A stretch of DNA of 64,000 nt from Magallana gigas (taxonomy: Eukaryota), in NCBI RefSeq assembly GCF_963853765.1, contig NC_088859.1:22134001-22198000 (forward strand), read 5' to 3'. Under the pieces are notes generated by a model. It saw nothing but the letters and a program-made list of their open reading frames with translations, was not told the DNA's origin and made no database searches. The first letter of the stretch is position 1, and each line of letters begins with the position of its first letter. A program made the translations under genes and the position numbers. Below, piece after piece: positions 13,803 to 27,226 of this stretch.

Positions 13803-16439
13803 GTGGAATTCAGAAACCTAGTAGTTAAAGAGAAATCCTTTTAGACCTATCGACATTGTTGATAAAGAGCAATGCTCTGTGGTAATGTTATCTTATAGGT
13901 GACTTGGTTTCTATATAAGACACATGCTTTGAAAAAAGTATTACATAACAATTGTACAGTACATTTTTATCAAACATTTTCCATCAAAACAGCAAATTAA
14001 ACTACTTCACAAAGAACTCAAACAATTCTCCCCCAAAAGATGAAATAAACAAGTAGAAAATCTGATATATTTCTCATACAATAATTTCAATAGTCCGCCC
14101 GTAAGAATTGTAGGCCTACCCAATCAGTAAACAATGAGATTATCATCTCTTTTAATATTTTTTAATTTAGCAAAATCTATGATAAAATCATATATAAAGC
14201 TATTTGTATCTCATAAAAGCTAGTAAACTTCATCAAAACCAATTTGAAAGTTAAATATCAGACTCTAGATGCATGTACCTCCAAATACAGTATACAAAAG
14301 TCAGTTAATGTTAAAGAATATTGTATTTCCCAAGATTCTTGCTACTGACGAAAATGGTAAGTACCTATTCATACAATCCGTCTATAGGTATATCCAAACC
14401 TGCTACTCCTAGAGTTCCTTATCCTAAATGACAACAAAATGCTTGTCCTTTTTTATGGTAGCTATTACAACAGGAAATAAAGGGATCTCAATCAGTCAAA
14501 AAAACAAGCATGTAGAGATATCATGAAGAAGGTCCTGCTTCCAGTCACAAACAAACACCTCTTCATTTAGCCTTCAGCCCCAAAATACACTAATTATAAA
14601 AGAGTAGTGTCATGTTATGTGCTGATCTGAAGGCTTAATGTCCCTTTTATCCCCAAGTCAGGCAGATGGCTGATAAATTTATGTTTCATCTTAAGCTTTG
14701 ACACATTAATTAACAGTTGTAAATTAACCTAAAATGAGTGTAAATACCTTCATGATTATGCAAGTACCTACCCCTATTCCAAATTTTGATACTTATAAAG
14801 CAAATTTTTTCCTTATGAATTCCTTTACATGTCTTAGAGGTTTAATCCAACACAAAATGCGTAAATGAAACCAGATATTTACAGGGCTTTGCCTGTAACA
14901 CAGTGACGCACATCAAAAACTAAAGCGTAGACCTGACTTTTACCTTTTGTGACATATCTGAGAAAATTACGCAGGAAAAAGTCATTTATAGAACAAGAAC
15001 CGGAATAAATGAAAATCTTACTTGTAAAAGACATGCAAATGGATCAAAGGCATCAAATATATTCTAGTAACTATCAAAATTTACTATCATAGGTCAAACT
15101 TGGGACTGTTTTCCATCAGATAAATGTAGGGTTTGAACAGATCTAGAATTGCAATAAGGACGTACAAAAATCACATCACTGATGACCGGAGCGAAAGGTC
15201 ACTGCATGGTTTTGTAACACTGACACCTTTGTGACAAAAAACTATCAATGTTAAGGTTCTCACATCCTCAGTCCCAAAGTATTTTTTTTCATCATTTATC
15301 CACGATAAATCAAATTTTGATGAAATGTACCCAGTAAGTAAAACCTCAATAAAAAAATCTAATAAAGAAGTTTGTTTCAATGTTGAAAATGTATGAACAG
15401 TCACTGGGGCATCTTATCCGCTCTGCTCTCTATGACATATATATAAATAATACATATGTCATAGAGGGCCCCTGTGGTACAGTTTCATCTTAAATGCCTT
15501 TTTAACATAAAAAGGGTTTTTTGCCTTTACCCAATGTTAAAAATAAGTTGTGTCTTCATTGAGAAATTATTCAGGTTTTAATGTACAAACCTCATTGTTG
15601 ATTATAATTGAATAATGGTTGCTCAATTTTGCAATTTGAAAGACTGCTACTTGCCCATCGGGATATAAATTTTAAGAACAGGAGAATGAAAGCAATGCGT
15701 AGCCAAAAGGTTGCTTTGTTCAAAACTTTGTGTGCACTTAGAATAGAGGTCTAGCTTTAAAAAAGCAGTTATGAATTGTCTCATCTCAATGTATAAAATA
15801 AATGATTACCGTAACTTGATACAAATCCAAAGGAAGTCAAAGACTCAATCTGCTAGGTATCTTTAGCTATAACTGGCTAAGGACAGGAAAATTGTTATGA
15901 ATTTTAGAACATTTCAGAGGCTTTAAATAAAATATTTAGTTTTTTTTTAAACAATGAAGCCTGTTCTTAAATCAGATATTGTTTAAGGCTACTGATCAGA
16001 CTGATTTGCAGAAAACTTATTATTTTGTTAGACATTAATTACATATAATTAATTATATTCATAAAATATCTTTAAATCTATTTAACAGAACATTAAATTT
16101 TAAGGGTAAGTTAATATGATTATTAATCCTATTCTTCATTTATGTCATTGAGAACATGAAGTGAAAATGCTAGGGAGGTCCTTGGAACAGCCAAATTGAG
16201 TTCTTCGAAATAAACATTTGAGGCAATACATATCGCTTTGACATTGTTTTAAAAGACAAGGTGCTGATCTACATTGTTTCAGACCACCCTGCTGAAACTG
16301 GGTACCGGCTCACACTGGGACTTAACCTTCGATGGATTGGTGTCATGAGGGGAAGTCATGAACTCTCGATCATCTGCTTAGCACCCTGAAAACCAGTGAT
16401 ATAAGCATCGGTCCTATGCCCTTTTATGGTTCGAAGGAT

Positions 16440-18130
16440 TTAACTTAATTTTACCAAATAATTATGCCAGCATGCAGGATAATAATGTCAACATGCAACA
16501 AAATTATGCTGATATACAAGAAAAATGGAATATGATAGACAGTAATTCATAAAAAAAAAGTAATGAAATATCAAGTATCGCCAACACATAACTTCCAATA
16601 TTTGAGTTGCAACTTATTTATGTCGACATGTGACACATATATTCATTTATGTTAACATGCAACATTCATGTTAACATGCAATGTATTCATGTTGACATGT
16701 GAGATAGATATGTTGACATCCAACATATTTAAGTTGATGTGCAACTTTTTTTATGTATGCATGCTAATTCATGGCGACATGAGATATACACTTGTTGACA
16801 TGCAGCTTTTTATGAGATGTAACTTACTGAAGTCAAGATGTGAAATAAATATATTGACATGTGATATACATATGTGAACATGCAACTTAATTAGGTAAAT
16901 ATACAACTTATTTATGTTAACATAAAAGATAAATATGTTGACATGCAACATATTCATGTTAACAATTTAACATCCTTATTCATTATGTTGACATGGAACT
17001 TACCTTGCATGTCAACATATATAAGATGCATTTGTATGGTGGCTTATTTCTTTCTTACATGCAAGGTAAACTATGTTATTAAACAAGAAAATTATATCAA
17101 CAGGCAAGATAATTATGTCTAAATGAAAGTTAATTATGTTGACATGCAAGTTACAATTCTTATCAGAGAATTGGATTTTTTATATGGGCAAAAACACCCA
17201 TATCTGTCATTCTGACATCATAGATGTAAGATGCAACATATTTAAGACAACATGCAAAATATTTGTCAACATGCAAGTTAATTATGTCAACATGCAATAT
17301 ATTTATGTCAACATGCAAGATGATTATGTTCAGATGCAAGTTACTTATAACAACATGCCAGATAACTTGCATGTTAATATCTATTTTTTTCATGTCAAAA
17401 TATTTCACTCGTATGTCAACATAAACAAGTTGCATGTTGATATAAATGAGTTGCATATATTGCCAACATACCGGTAATTATAACTCACATGTTGACATAA
17501 ATATATTTCATGTTAACATAATGAACTAGCATGTTGACATACCAATAAGTTTTATGTTCCGAAATAAAAATGTTGCATTTCTACTTAATTTTCTCTCATG
17601 TCAACATATATAAGTCACATGTTGTCATTATTACTGATAAGTTGCATCATGCATCTATAATGTCACAGTCCAGCATTAGTGGGTCATTTTACCGATATAA
17701 AAATCAGATTCTCTATAAAGAATTGTAACTATAGCACATCAACATAATAACCTTGCACGAAAACATAATTATCTTGCACGAAGACATTAATTATCTTGCA
17801 TGCTGACATAATTTTCTTGCATGTTGACATAAGTTATCCTGCATATAGGGCAGATATATGCCACCATGCGACACATTTATGTTATATATGCAACTTATTT
17901 ATGTTAACATTGATAGAATGCATGTTGACATAAATGTGTCGCATGTCGACATAAATATGTAAATGTATCTTGCATGTTGGAAGTCATATGTGGGGGATAC
18001 TGTAGATGATTTTTTACTTGTGTGGGAATTCTTATCTTCGTAAATTTTTCTTACATATCAACATAATCATGTGGCATTCTGCATATTTTTCCTGTATGTC
18101 GATAAAAAAAATTGACAATTTTTAAATAAC
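16440..18130. repeat. Degenerate short-period repeat field (ATGTTGACATGC / ATGTCAACATGC) in alternating orientation; probably the body of a non-autonomous DNA transposon
   Basis: At least 17 exact TGTTGAC/GTCAACA cores counted by eye, plus many ATGTTAACAT and ATGTCGACAT variants, in blocks of both orientations. No real ORF. Confidence 0.75.
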
Positions 18131-18212
18131 TTGCAAACAGGGGGCAAAACCAAGCAGTTCGAATTTTCTCAAATTGAACCACCCTATGGCCCTAGCTACT
18201 TCCCTAGCTTAC

Positions 18213-18560
18213 CTTTTTCCGATCCGTTAAATATCACTTGCTTGGATGTTACAGACATTATAATTAAACATTATTTATATCGTCTATAATTAAATATACA
18301 CCCAAAATTAGGTAGCACCTGTTTCTGTTCATATTTTTAGTCATCGAATATTGTGTACGTGTTTACACACAAACGTGTGTCGTCACAGGATAAATTGTTG
18401 TCAGTAACTACAACATACGGGCACTTAAAAAGACCTCGAATTCCTGTGTAGAAAATTTTGCCACCATCTTTGTGAATCATAGGGCAGTGTTTATGAGTTA
18501 TATGGGAGTGACAATGCTTTGTTCTGTGATGAAATAAATAACGACATCTTGAGCGCTGAG
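18213..18560. promoter_or_regulatory. Putative shared (bidirectional) promoter / first-exon region of SLC9B (-) and ZFAND4 (+)
   Basis: A minus-strand donor G|GTAAGC sits at 18213/18212, and the SLC9B ATG exon has an acceptor at 13818-13820, so an upstream non-coding exon is needed. A plus-strand donor GAG|GTACTA sits at 18560/18561 upstream of the ZFAND4 ATG (18717). CpG is locally more frequent. TSSs cannot be placed. Confidence 0.5.
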
Positions 18561-18716
18561 GTACTAAGGGCTCTTGAAAGATGTTTAATTAACTAAAATG
18601 GCAATTACTTGAATATAATTTGGAAAAGCAATCGTTGTTTTGGTCATTGAGGGTACCCATTTCTCCGGAGTCTGTGATATATCTTAGTTGTGTTGGGCCT
18701 CAGAAAATTAGCTGAA

Positions 18717-21700
18717 ATGGAATTATACATTGAAACATTAACAGGAACCTTCTTTGAGCTGCGAGTGTCACCATTTGAAACAATTATGTCTGTAAAGGCA
18801 AAGATTCAAAGACTTGAAGGTAAAGCTGTGCCACTGGGACTATGTCAATAATGTCTAAATACAAATTGATCAAACTTTTGCTTTCTATTATGTCAACAGG
18901 ATGAAGTAGACCAAGTAAATAATTGAGATGTATGGAAAATTTAAGCTATTGTGAAAGCCCCATTGTCTGGTTAGGGAAAGTGTCCTTGACCCCTATACGA
19001 ATACACAAAACTGGTCATTTAAAATGACTTTATCACACCTTCAAGTATAATGGGTTAAACACTTTACAGCACAGTATAATATATTGATGTAACAAAATAC
19101 TAAATGAATAAATAAGATATTATACAGTAAAAACTGTGAAGATTTAATACATGTCGATGCATAAACTTCGAAGTAAGACACATGAACCTTTATGTAAAAT
19201 TGTATCCAAATTATAATTGCAAACCTTAATGATCATGGGACACAATGAAAGATTTGATATGAATTTGTTTTCAGTAAGTAAAGAAATAACTTCCTTTTTT
19301 TACACCCAACATTCCAATCTATTAATCACAAAAATGCTAATTACTAAGTAATTATTACTAATATAATTACTAATAATAATAGTAATTTATGTATAGAAAT
19401 AAAATGACACAAATACAAATAATCATCATGCTGGTCATTTAAATAACTTGGGAAAGAAAAGCAAATAAGTCCATTGTAGTACTGGATGCATGTTATATAA
19501 TTTTCATTTAAAATTTTGCAGTTCTAGTGAAACAGAACATATTACAACAATACATTATACTATGATTTTTGTTTAATTTGTGTAATTATTTTTTTTGGGG
19601 GGGGGGGCATTCTGCTAGCTTTAGATCAAGTTTTAGTACAACACAACAATTGAACACAAATGCATATATTTTTATATTTTATTTTTTCCTCCCAGGAATT
19701 CCTATAGGGCAGCAGCATTTAATATGGCAGTCCATTGAGCTTGAGGATGATTACTGTCTTCATGACTACAGCATTCATGATGGTGCAACCTTGAAATTGG
19801 TCTTAGCCATGCGTGGGGGTCCAATTAATACCCGGAGAAGTAAGTTTCTTCAAGTTGATCAAGGAAATTATTTCCATTATGCATGCATATTTAATTATCA
19901 CACAAAAAGTACAGACTACTAAAGGTGAAAGTTTTTGTTCAGAATTGTTGAGTCGAAACCATCGCCATATGTATTGACCAAATCTTAAGAGTGTCGATAC
20001 TGCAATCTTTGTCTCCATATAATTTTTGTCAAATCACATTGGTAAGGAATTGGCCTTAACAAAATTTCGTTTAAAGAAATAAATTAAAAAAAACTGCTTT
20101 AGATTAACTCTTGAATTTTTAGAGGAGTGAGAAAAATTCCTTGATGTTCCTTTTTTTTTTTAAAGAAATTGAAAACAGAAAATATACATTATATGGAGCT
20201 TTTTTGTTTTATAGTTCCTATGGAAGATCCTACCCTCAGGGAAATGGCAGAATATGTTGAGGCAAACCGAGATGAAATTTGGGAGAAAATTCCTGGAAAC
20301 CGGCAGGTCACATTACTGGTTTTCAGAGAAGGGGACCAGTTGAACTTTTTCCGAGTGGTTGATCGAGGGGATGGTACACTTACTCCCCTCTCCGAATCCT
20401 TGAGGTGAGGCTTTATTTGTGCTCATGTACATTTACGGAAATTGTCCATCAGCAGCAAAAACTATTTACTGGTGCAATTCAGGGGGTTCAAAGTTTGTGA
20501 TGCGTGGGTTTTTTCCTTTCATCTTTGTGTCTTTCTCTTTTTATTTGTGACCTAATTTCACCACGAGCTTTTGTTTCATAAAGTAAACCACAACAGAGCT
20601 TTCAGTCAGGCCCAATCTAACACCATAGTACTTTTTTTATTATAACTAGGGTACTTGTATAACATTTTGGGTTTTAGGTTTTTCATTAATGACAGTATCT
20701 AAGACTTCCATGAACATTACTTTAGAGTTCATGTTGCTTCTATGTTTTGTGTATTGTTATTAGGATTTTCACCTCATGTAATTGGGAGAATGCCTTTAGG
20801 GTGTCAATAAAGATTTAAATTTAATATGAAAGTTCAGTGTGGGGGAAAAAAACTAGTCCTTCATTGAATATTGGTCTGTTGTTTTTCTTTTTCTGCCCTT
20901 GTTATTTATGTTTCATGTTTGTTGTTTGTCTTGGGGAACTCTTAATCTGGATGTTGATCGAAGGTTCATGTCTTTATTTTATTTTTGAAATGTCAAAAAT
21001 TGTATATATATCTTATATATCATGCAGTCAGGGTTGTCTCTAAAAATTAAAGTAGAAGGAAGAAATGAAAAAGAAATGGAAGAAGGGGGACCAGGGGGTC
21101 TTGCTTCTGGCCACATTGTGTTTGAAATGCAATAACAGCTGGGAAATAAAGGCATTTTAGGCGTGGAAATTCCCCGCCTCCAGGGTCTTAGAGACAACCC
21201 TGTGAAGTCATATAACCCCTAGGACAGTTAGTAACTTGCTTGGAGTTTTAGATTTGTTGGTTATGTTGCATTGTGTGGACATAGACTCAGTTAAGAGACC
21301 TAGCTTTACATAGAGATAACAAGAAACTATTATATGATGTAAGGGGGGGGGGGATGAGTAGTGAACCTGTACACCCATCAAACAGCCCACCAGTCAATGA
21401 AGGACAAATCCAAGACATGGATATTATGTAACTCCTAGAATGGAAATGTAGGCTAGTTCTGTCTGTAAACAAGATAATTACAGGGACTTTTGAAGACAGG
21501 ACCATAGCCTATATATGTGATATCTTGAAAAGATGGCAATAGACATGAAACTGTTATAAGCTTTAGGTAGAGATTGTTATGTATAATGTTTCAAATCTCG
21601 CTGCAAGAATTCCTTATCTATAATTTGAATATTGTAACACAGTTGCATAAACACATTAAACCTCAGTATGTGTATAACTCTAATTTGATCACCCAAAGTT

Positions 21701-24700
21701 TGTGTACAAATAATTAGAGCAAATTTTGTTCTTGATATTTTTATTAAAAGATTTACAAATGAAAGCACTAGTATAGTTACGCAATAAGAATATTTCTCTT
21801 ATTAATTTTAGAAAAAAACTGTTCAATTTGCACACCCGTCTGACAAGAAATGCTGGCTTTAGTTAATGGTTTAGGTGTGGGGATTACATAGATCGAGGCA
21901 AAACATATTATCAATAAACATTATCAACTCTTCTGTGGAGCAAAAAGTAGTACATTCATTTGACAGTCAACATATTTTCCCTGACAAAAGAACCATTCAA
22001 AAAGTCCGCATTGGCAGAGATACTAAAGCACGCACAATACCCAGGTACAAACAAAGCTGTAAGTGTGATCCCAGAACGGTCCCACACATAGGTTTACAGG
22101 TATATACCCAGAGGTAGATTGACAGGCCAATTATTTAAATTAGCCAGTCAGAAGTAGGTCGTTACTTGCACAGCTCTGCTTAGCATAGATGTTGATTGAA
22201 TGGGTTTAAAGCTCTGCGTGTGTTTTGTGCCAAACAGAAAATGTGAAGGATGATATGGAACAGGGCATTGTGAGAGGTTTACCTGTGTGGTTCAGGGAGA
22301 AGACAGTGATAGTGATGGACAAGATTTCAGTCTGCTTGTAGAGTAAATTTGACTTAATGGAATAAAATCACTTTTTACGAAATGAAAATGAAAATGCCGC
22401 ATGGAGCTGTCCCAATGTTGGTAAAAAAAATCAACATGTAGGTGGAATTATTTTTTACATGAATAACTGTTATTCCTTCATATAAAAGTGTAGCAAAACA
22501 GTAAAGCTACTTTTTCAATGAACTTGCTAAATAAAGCAAATACAAGTTAGTCAATTTGGGGTTACTGTTTACAATTTTTCCCTCATATTTCCGCCTAGTT
22601 GTAGGAATTTTCTGGAAGTTTTTAAAAAATAATATTGAAAAAATCTGTATCGTTTAGATTTTATCCTTCGTAGACAGATTTTAATGTTGTTATTTTAATA
22701 TAAAGAATTAGTTATATCTAAATGATAAGGAATATGTCATGTCTTATTTGTCTCTATTGTTACCAGTGGAGCCTCCATGTACAACTTTGACGACCAAGAG
22801 GAGGAAGAAGAGGCTCCTCCAAAGGAGAAACTGGAGGAGAACGAACAACTCAAGGAGAAGATGAAGCAGCTGCGTGGGAAAATGGAGAAACTGACTCTCA
22901 CCAAAAAGGTCTGTACAGGAAGCCTAGCTGTGCAAGAACTCAAATTACTTTTTTATCAGCAACATTTATAACTTGTTATCTTCTATTGACAAATTTCAGC
23001 CCAAGAAAAAAGTTCCCCGTCCACCATCTTCAGAACATTCCAGCTGTAGCCGCGGTGCTAGACGTCGACAGATCCCGGGCTCCGGGAGGACTCTAACTCA
23101 CAACCTCAACAGAAACCTGTGTCTGCCACCGGTTGGCCATCATTCAGCCTACTCGCCGGAGGAGCAGCCAGCAGCCATTGAAATCAGCAACAAGGATGAA
23201 ATGATCTCTGGTGGTGTTATGGGTCAGAACATGGCTGCTAGCCTCAACCATAACCTAGGAAGTGGTCTGTTAAATTATAACGAACTTGAAACTACTTCTG
23301 ATCACAATACAAGCCATAGTGCCAAATCAGCCCGAAGTCGAAGTCGCCAGATGATGGTGGAGAATACCGAACTCAGTGCAAGCCGACTAGGTATTTTGTC
23401 CAGTGTTAAGGAGGACAGTGCTATTGTACATGAATCTGAACTGGCTGCCGAGTGGAGGGAGGGAATGAAGATGACTAAGGGAGAGGATAGTGAGAATGTT
23501 AAAACTGATTTACTTGGTTCAAATACATGTACCCCATCCTCCAAGTTGAGAGACTTGCATAGACTAAGCAGTTTACAGGACACTGTCACCAAAAAGAAAG
23601 ATGTAACTCTGGAAAACTACAAGGATACTCTTCAGCCTCCTTCTACTTCCAAATCGAAACAAAAAATGAAAGGAGATCTCACAATAGAAAACCTAAAGGA
23701 AGTCCTGGGTCGTCCCCCAACAACCTCCAAGGACGTGACCTTGGAGAGTCTCCAAGAATCCTTGGGGAGACCCACCACCTCATCTCGCTTCAAGGGCTTG
23801 GACCGAAGAAAGGAGTTCACCCTGGAAAGCCTGAGCACGAGCGAGGCTCGTGCTATGTCGGGACTATTGAGACAAGCATCCTTGGAAAAAATAGGATCTT
23901 CTCGTATTGGCAACTTTGCGCCCAGTGGTAGTAAATCACGCTTAGGAAATTATGCTCTCGGGAATACGAGTCAGGAAGGGAGAATTATTTCTCCGGAGGA
24001 ACGATTATTGGTAGGTGTTTTGTGTGTTTTGTGTGTTTTGATTAAGGTTGTGGATAAAAGCAATCATTCATTTGTAATTGTGATAGAGACATGAAATGTG
24101 AAAAGGAAAAAAGTGTCAAAAGAAACTGAATTCATGGGTGTTTGGAATGCAATAAAAAAATATATGGTTGCTATAAATCATGAATTTGAATGAATGAAAT
24201 GCTTTTGATTATAAAACTGACTGCAAAACCTCTTAAAAACCCTTTTGCACACATTAAGTCTGCAGCCATGCTCATTTTCAGTAAAAGCATGTTTAAATTT
24301 GATGTATGCTATTAAAAGTTTTTCTGTTTTGATTTTAATTTAATGTTAACCAATATGAATTTGAGATAATTTGTTTTCGTGTTGTTTTTAAGTTGAATAT
24401 AATTATAACTGGATAGTGCAGATTTCAAGTAGAGTATATTATCTTGTAGTCTGCCCATCTCCAGAGGGTAAATAGTCGGGATGGAAGAATGCTGTCACCC
24501 TCTCACCGACTGCCCCCAGTCAAGTCCAAAAAGAAGGCTACCAAGCGGTGCTTTGTTTGTGGCAAGAAAACAGGCCTTGCTACTAGCTATATGTGCAGGT
24601 ACCGTAGTTTTTTTTCAAACTTGTCTTACCATCAGTGGCAATTTATTTTGAACAGGATCTTAATTTAATTGTGGATAGTTTGAATATATTAACTGTGACA

Positions 24701-24970
24701 ATCTTGTGTTGATGAATGTAAATGTTAAAAAATAAACTATGCAATTCAGTATGTATACATGAATATGAATGCCTTATCAATACATGTAGTGTAAGTGAAT
24801 GTATAGTAGTCTTTTGAATCTTTTCATTATCTAGATGTGGAAACAATTTTTGTGCCTCGCATAGGTATGCCGAGTCTCACGATTGCACGTTTGATTATAA
24901 AACGGAAGGACGCAAGCTGTTGGAACAAAGTAATCCCGTTGTTAGTGCTTCTAAGTTACCCAAAATCTAA
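18717..24970 (+). CDS. ZFAND4: AN1-type zinc finger protein 4 (N-terminal ubiquitin-like domain, C-terminal AN1 zinc finger), 624 aa
   Basis: Seven phase-consistent exons: 18717-18819, 19696-19839, 20215-20404, 22767-22908, 23000-24010, 24450-24598, 24835-24970 (TAA). Ubl domain MELYIETLTGTFFELRVSPFETIMSVKAKIQRLEGIP...LKLVLAMRGGPINTRR. AN1 finger [35 protein letters not shown] and terminus NPVVSASKLPKI. A few extra N-terminal residues from an upstream exon cannot be excluded. Confidence 0.95.
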
Positions 24971-26564
24971 CTCAGGAACCTGGCATTAGGATAATGGCTG
25001 TGAACTGTGTGTCTGGGTGTTTTTGTGTGTGCTCTTTGTCCAGAAGAAAACTCTGTGAAATTCACATGATATTCTGTGTAGAATGTCATTAGGATTACAA
25101 TTTTACGTTAATATTGTTATTCTTTTTTTTTTATATATATGTATAAGTAGTTGAAGTGCATTTGATTTCGTTTAACATCATAGTTTTATTATTTTTTTCT
25201 TGAGATATATTCATCAAATTTACTGGTTGTAATTTTTTTCCAGTGCTAAGTTTATTAGTTTTTGGGGTTTCTGCATTTATACATTGCCTTATATAACTTT
25301 TTTTATATGACTAATGTATTAAAAATTCTGTATTACTGGACCAAAGTTTGGACTGTCAGTTTCTGTATATTAAACATACGTCTGTATCTAGTGTAGAATC
25401 TATGGGCAATGTTCCTAATTGAAATTATGCAGTCAATTCTGAACAACAAAACTATTTCATATTGATTACACAGGTTAACAATGGCGGGTGCATGATTTAT
25501 CTGTATTATTTAAAGTCACGCTTTTTTAGGCTGGTTCATCTGAATTAGCCTCACCTTTTGGTTCCACTGTCAAATCTTATTTTTGTTTGTTCAATATTTG
25601 TGATTTTACTTTATCGTATGAGTATTGATTTGTAAAACTACTTCCCTTCTTGATAAGGAAAAACAAGTTTTATTTCTTAAGGTCTAGTCCAATCCGAGAA
25701 TATGATGCTGAGTAAGTAAGGGAATGCCTTTGTTTATTGCACTCCAGATTTGTGATAAAAACATTTCCGGAAGTCTTTCATTTTGATAGTTTTTGAGTGG
25801 GGGTGCCATTTCCGTTTGATTTTTGCTTAGAATATCTGTCTGCCTATGTGTAACCTAATCATAAAGGGGTGCATCCAGTTTGTTAGATTTTTGCTCTCTG
25901 AATCGTCTTGAAATGCAAGCATTGAGTAAAAATGTTCAACTATTCTATGTAAACTATAATCTTCATTATACGAGCACTTGTTAATGACAATGACCTTTTG
26001 GTTTTCACTTCTGTTTTCAAAAGCAAGGATTATTCATTATTGCATATTTTTTTTTCAAGTTTGGACATAAGATTCTACCATTATTTCAAGGTTTTATTTG
26101 ACCAAAATGAATCCTTTGGCAACTGAATGAGGAACAGGTTGTAAAACCTAAATAGATAGAGCTGAGTACAGGGATAAGTATATTGTATATACTTGTATAT
26201 ACTAAGTATATAGGATAAGTATAAGTAAAACTTGGTCAATTTCGACCTTGCACTTCAAAATGATTAAACAAGTAAATTCTGTTTGATCATTTGATGATGC
26301 AGGGATTAAATGTTTGATTAACCAATCAAATGATACTAACCCATCTCCCAGTAGCCCTATATCCTGTGTGGTCCTAAATTGTCTCGTTTTACCCTATTAC
26401 CCTTTTTTCGAAATGAGCCTACAATGGTAAAACATGTAGGTTTCATGAAAATAGACATAGACTCAGCAAAATCAAAGTTCAGAATCCATATCAAGAGTGG
26501 GGTTCTTTTCTGTTTCTTGTAGAGGGTATCCACATCTGTGATATACATTATGTTCTTATTTGAA

Positions 26565-26732
26565 GTATAACCTAAGCATTCTTGAGTATCTGAAAAGTAT
26601 GAATTTCAAAAAAATTATTTTTTTTTCATTTAGATATGAAAATTTCTGTATAACCTAAGCATTCTTAAGTATCTGAAAAGTATGAATTTCAAAAAAATTA
26701 TTTTTTTTTCATTTAGATATGAAAATTTCTGT
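26565..26732. repeat. 83-bp tandem duplication in the presumed ZFAND4 3' UTR
   Basis: GTATAACCTAAGCATTCTT[G/A]AGTATCTGAAAAG...GATATGAAAATTTCT starts at 26565 and again at 26648, with one visible mismatch. Confidence 0.85.
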
Positions 26733-27220
26733 TTCTATATTTTTATTCTGCTTTGTTCTACGTGGTATAAGCACTCCACCCTTGATCAGATACTGATTGT
26801 GGACTTTTTGAAATGCAAGAAGTGTGCAACAGCACTCACCTTAAGTCTATGTTTGTGAAGTGGTAACTATTTTGACCAAGTTTACGAGTTGCCTTGAAAT
26901 GATCGTAGAATGTGAGAAACACAAATACTCAAAACATACATTTCTTCTCTTTACATTTTTATTACACCACATGTAATCATGGCATACCTTGTTATTTTGT
27001 ATCTCCTAAATAAGGACTAGAAATTTTGTTCGACCAGTTTTCTGTTGATGGTATGTAGCTACGGAGAATGACGATTTACTTCCCATTTTACGGGAAGAAT
27101 TTTGTTAGCACCAATGTTTATTGAATAACCATTTAATACATGTTTGTTTGTTTGCATATATTGTTATATGCATTTGGTGTATATTGTGCACAGTTAATGA
27201 GTGTGAATAATAATGAAAAT

Positions 27221-27226
27221 AATAAA
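27221..27226 (+). terminator. Candidate polyadenylation signal of ZFAND4
   Basis: AATAAA at the end of a ~2.2-kb U-rich stretch downstream of the stop codon, just before repeat-rich sequence begins. Confidence 0.4.

Noticed and set aside
15179-15230. CTGATGA...GAAA as a hammerhead ribozyme core or C/D snoRNA
   Set aside because: The segment between CTGATGA and GAAA (CCGGAGC) cannot form stem II with the required G-C closing pair, and no stem I/III with an NUH site is evident. The C-to-D box distance is too short. Only a 5-bp hairpin TGACC/GGTCA is present.
16668-17477. ORFs of 62-113 aa in the ATGTTGACAT field
   Set aside because: These are by-products of a repeat rich in ATG, with repetitive M/L/T/C or V/N/M/Q composition.
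23302-23913. Minus-strand ORFs of 93-96 aa (also 51522-51779, 59078-59566, 60181-60773)
   Set aside because: They are shadow frames antisense to long real exons of ZFAND4 and KAT6.
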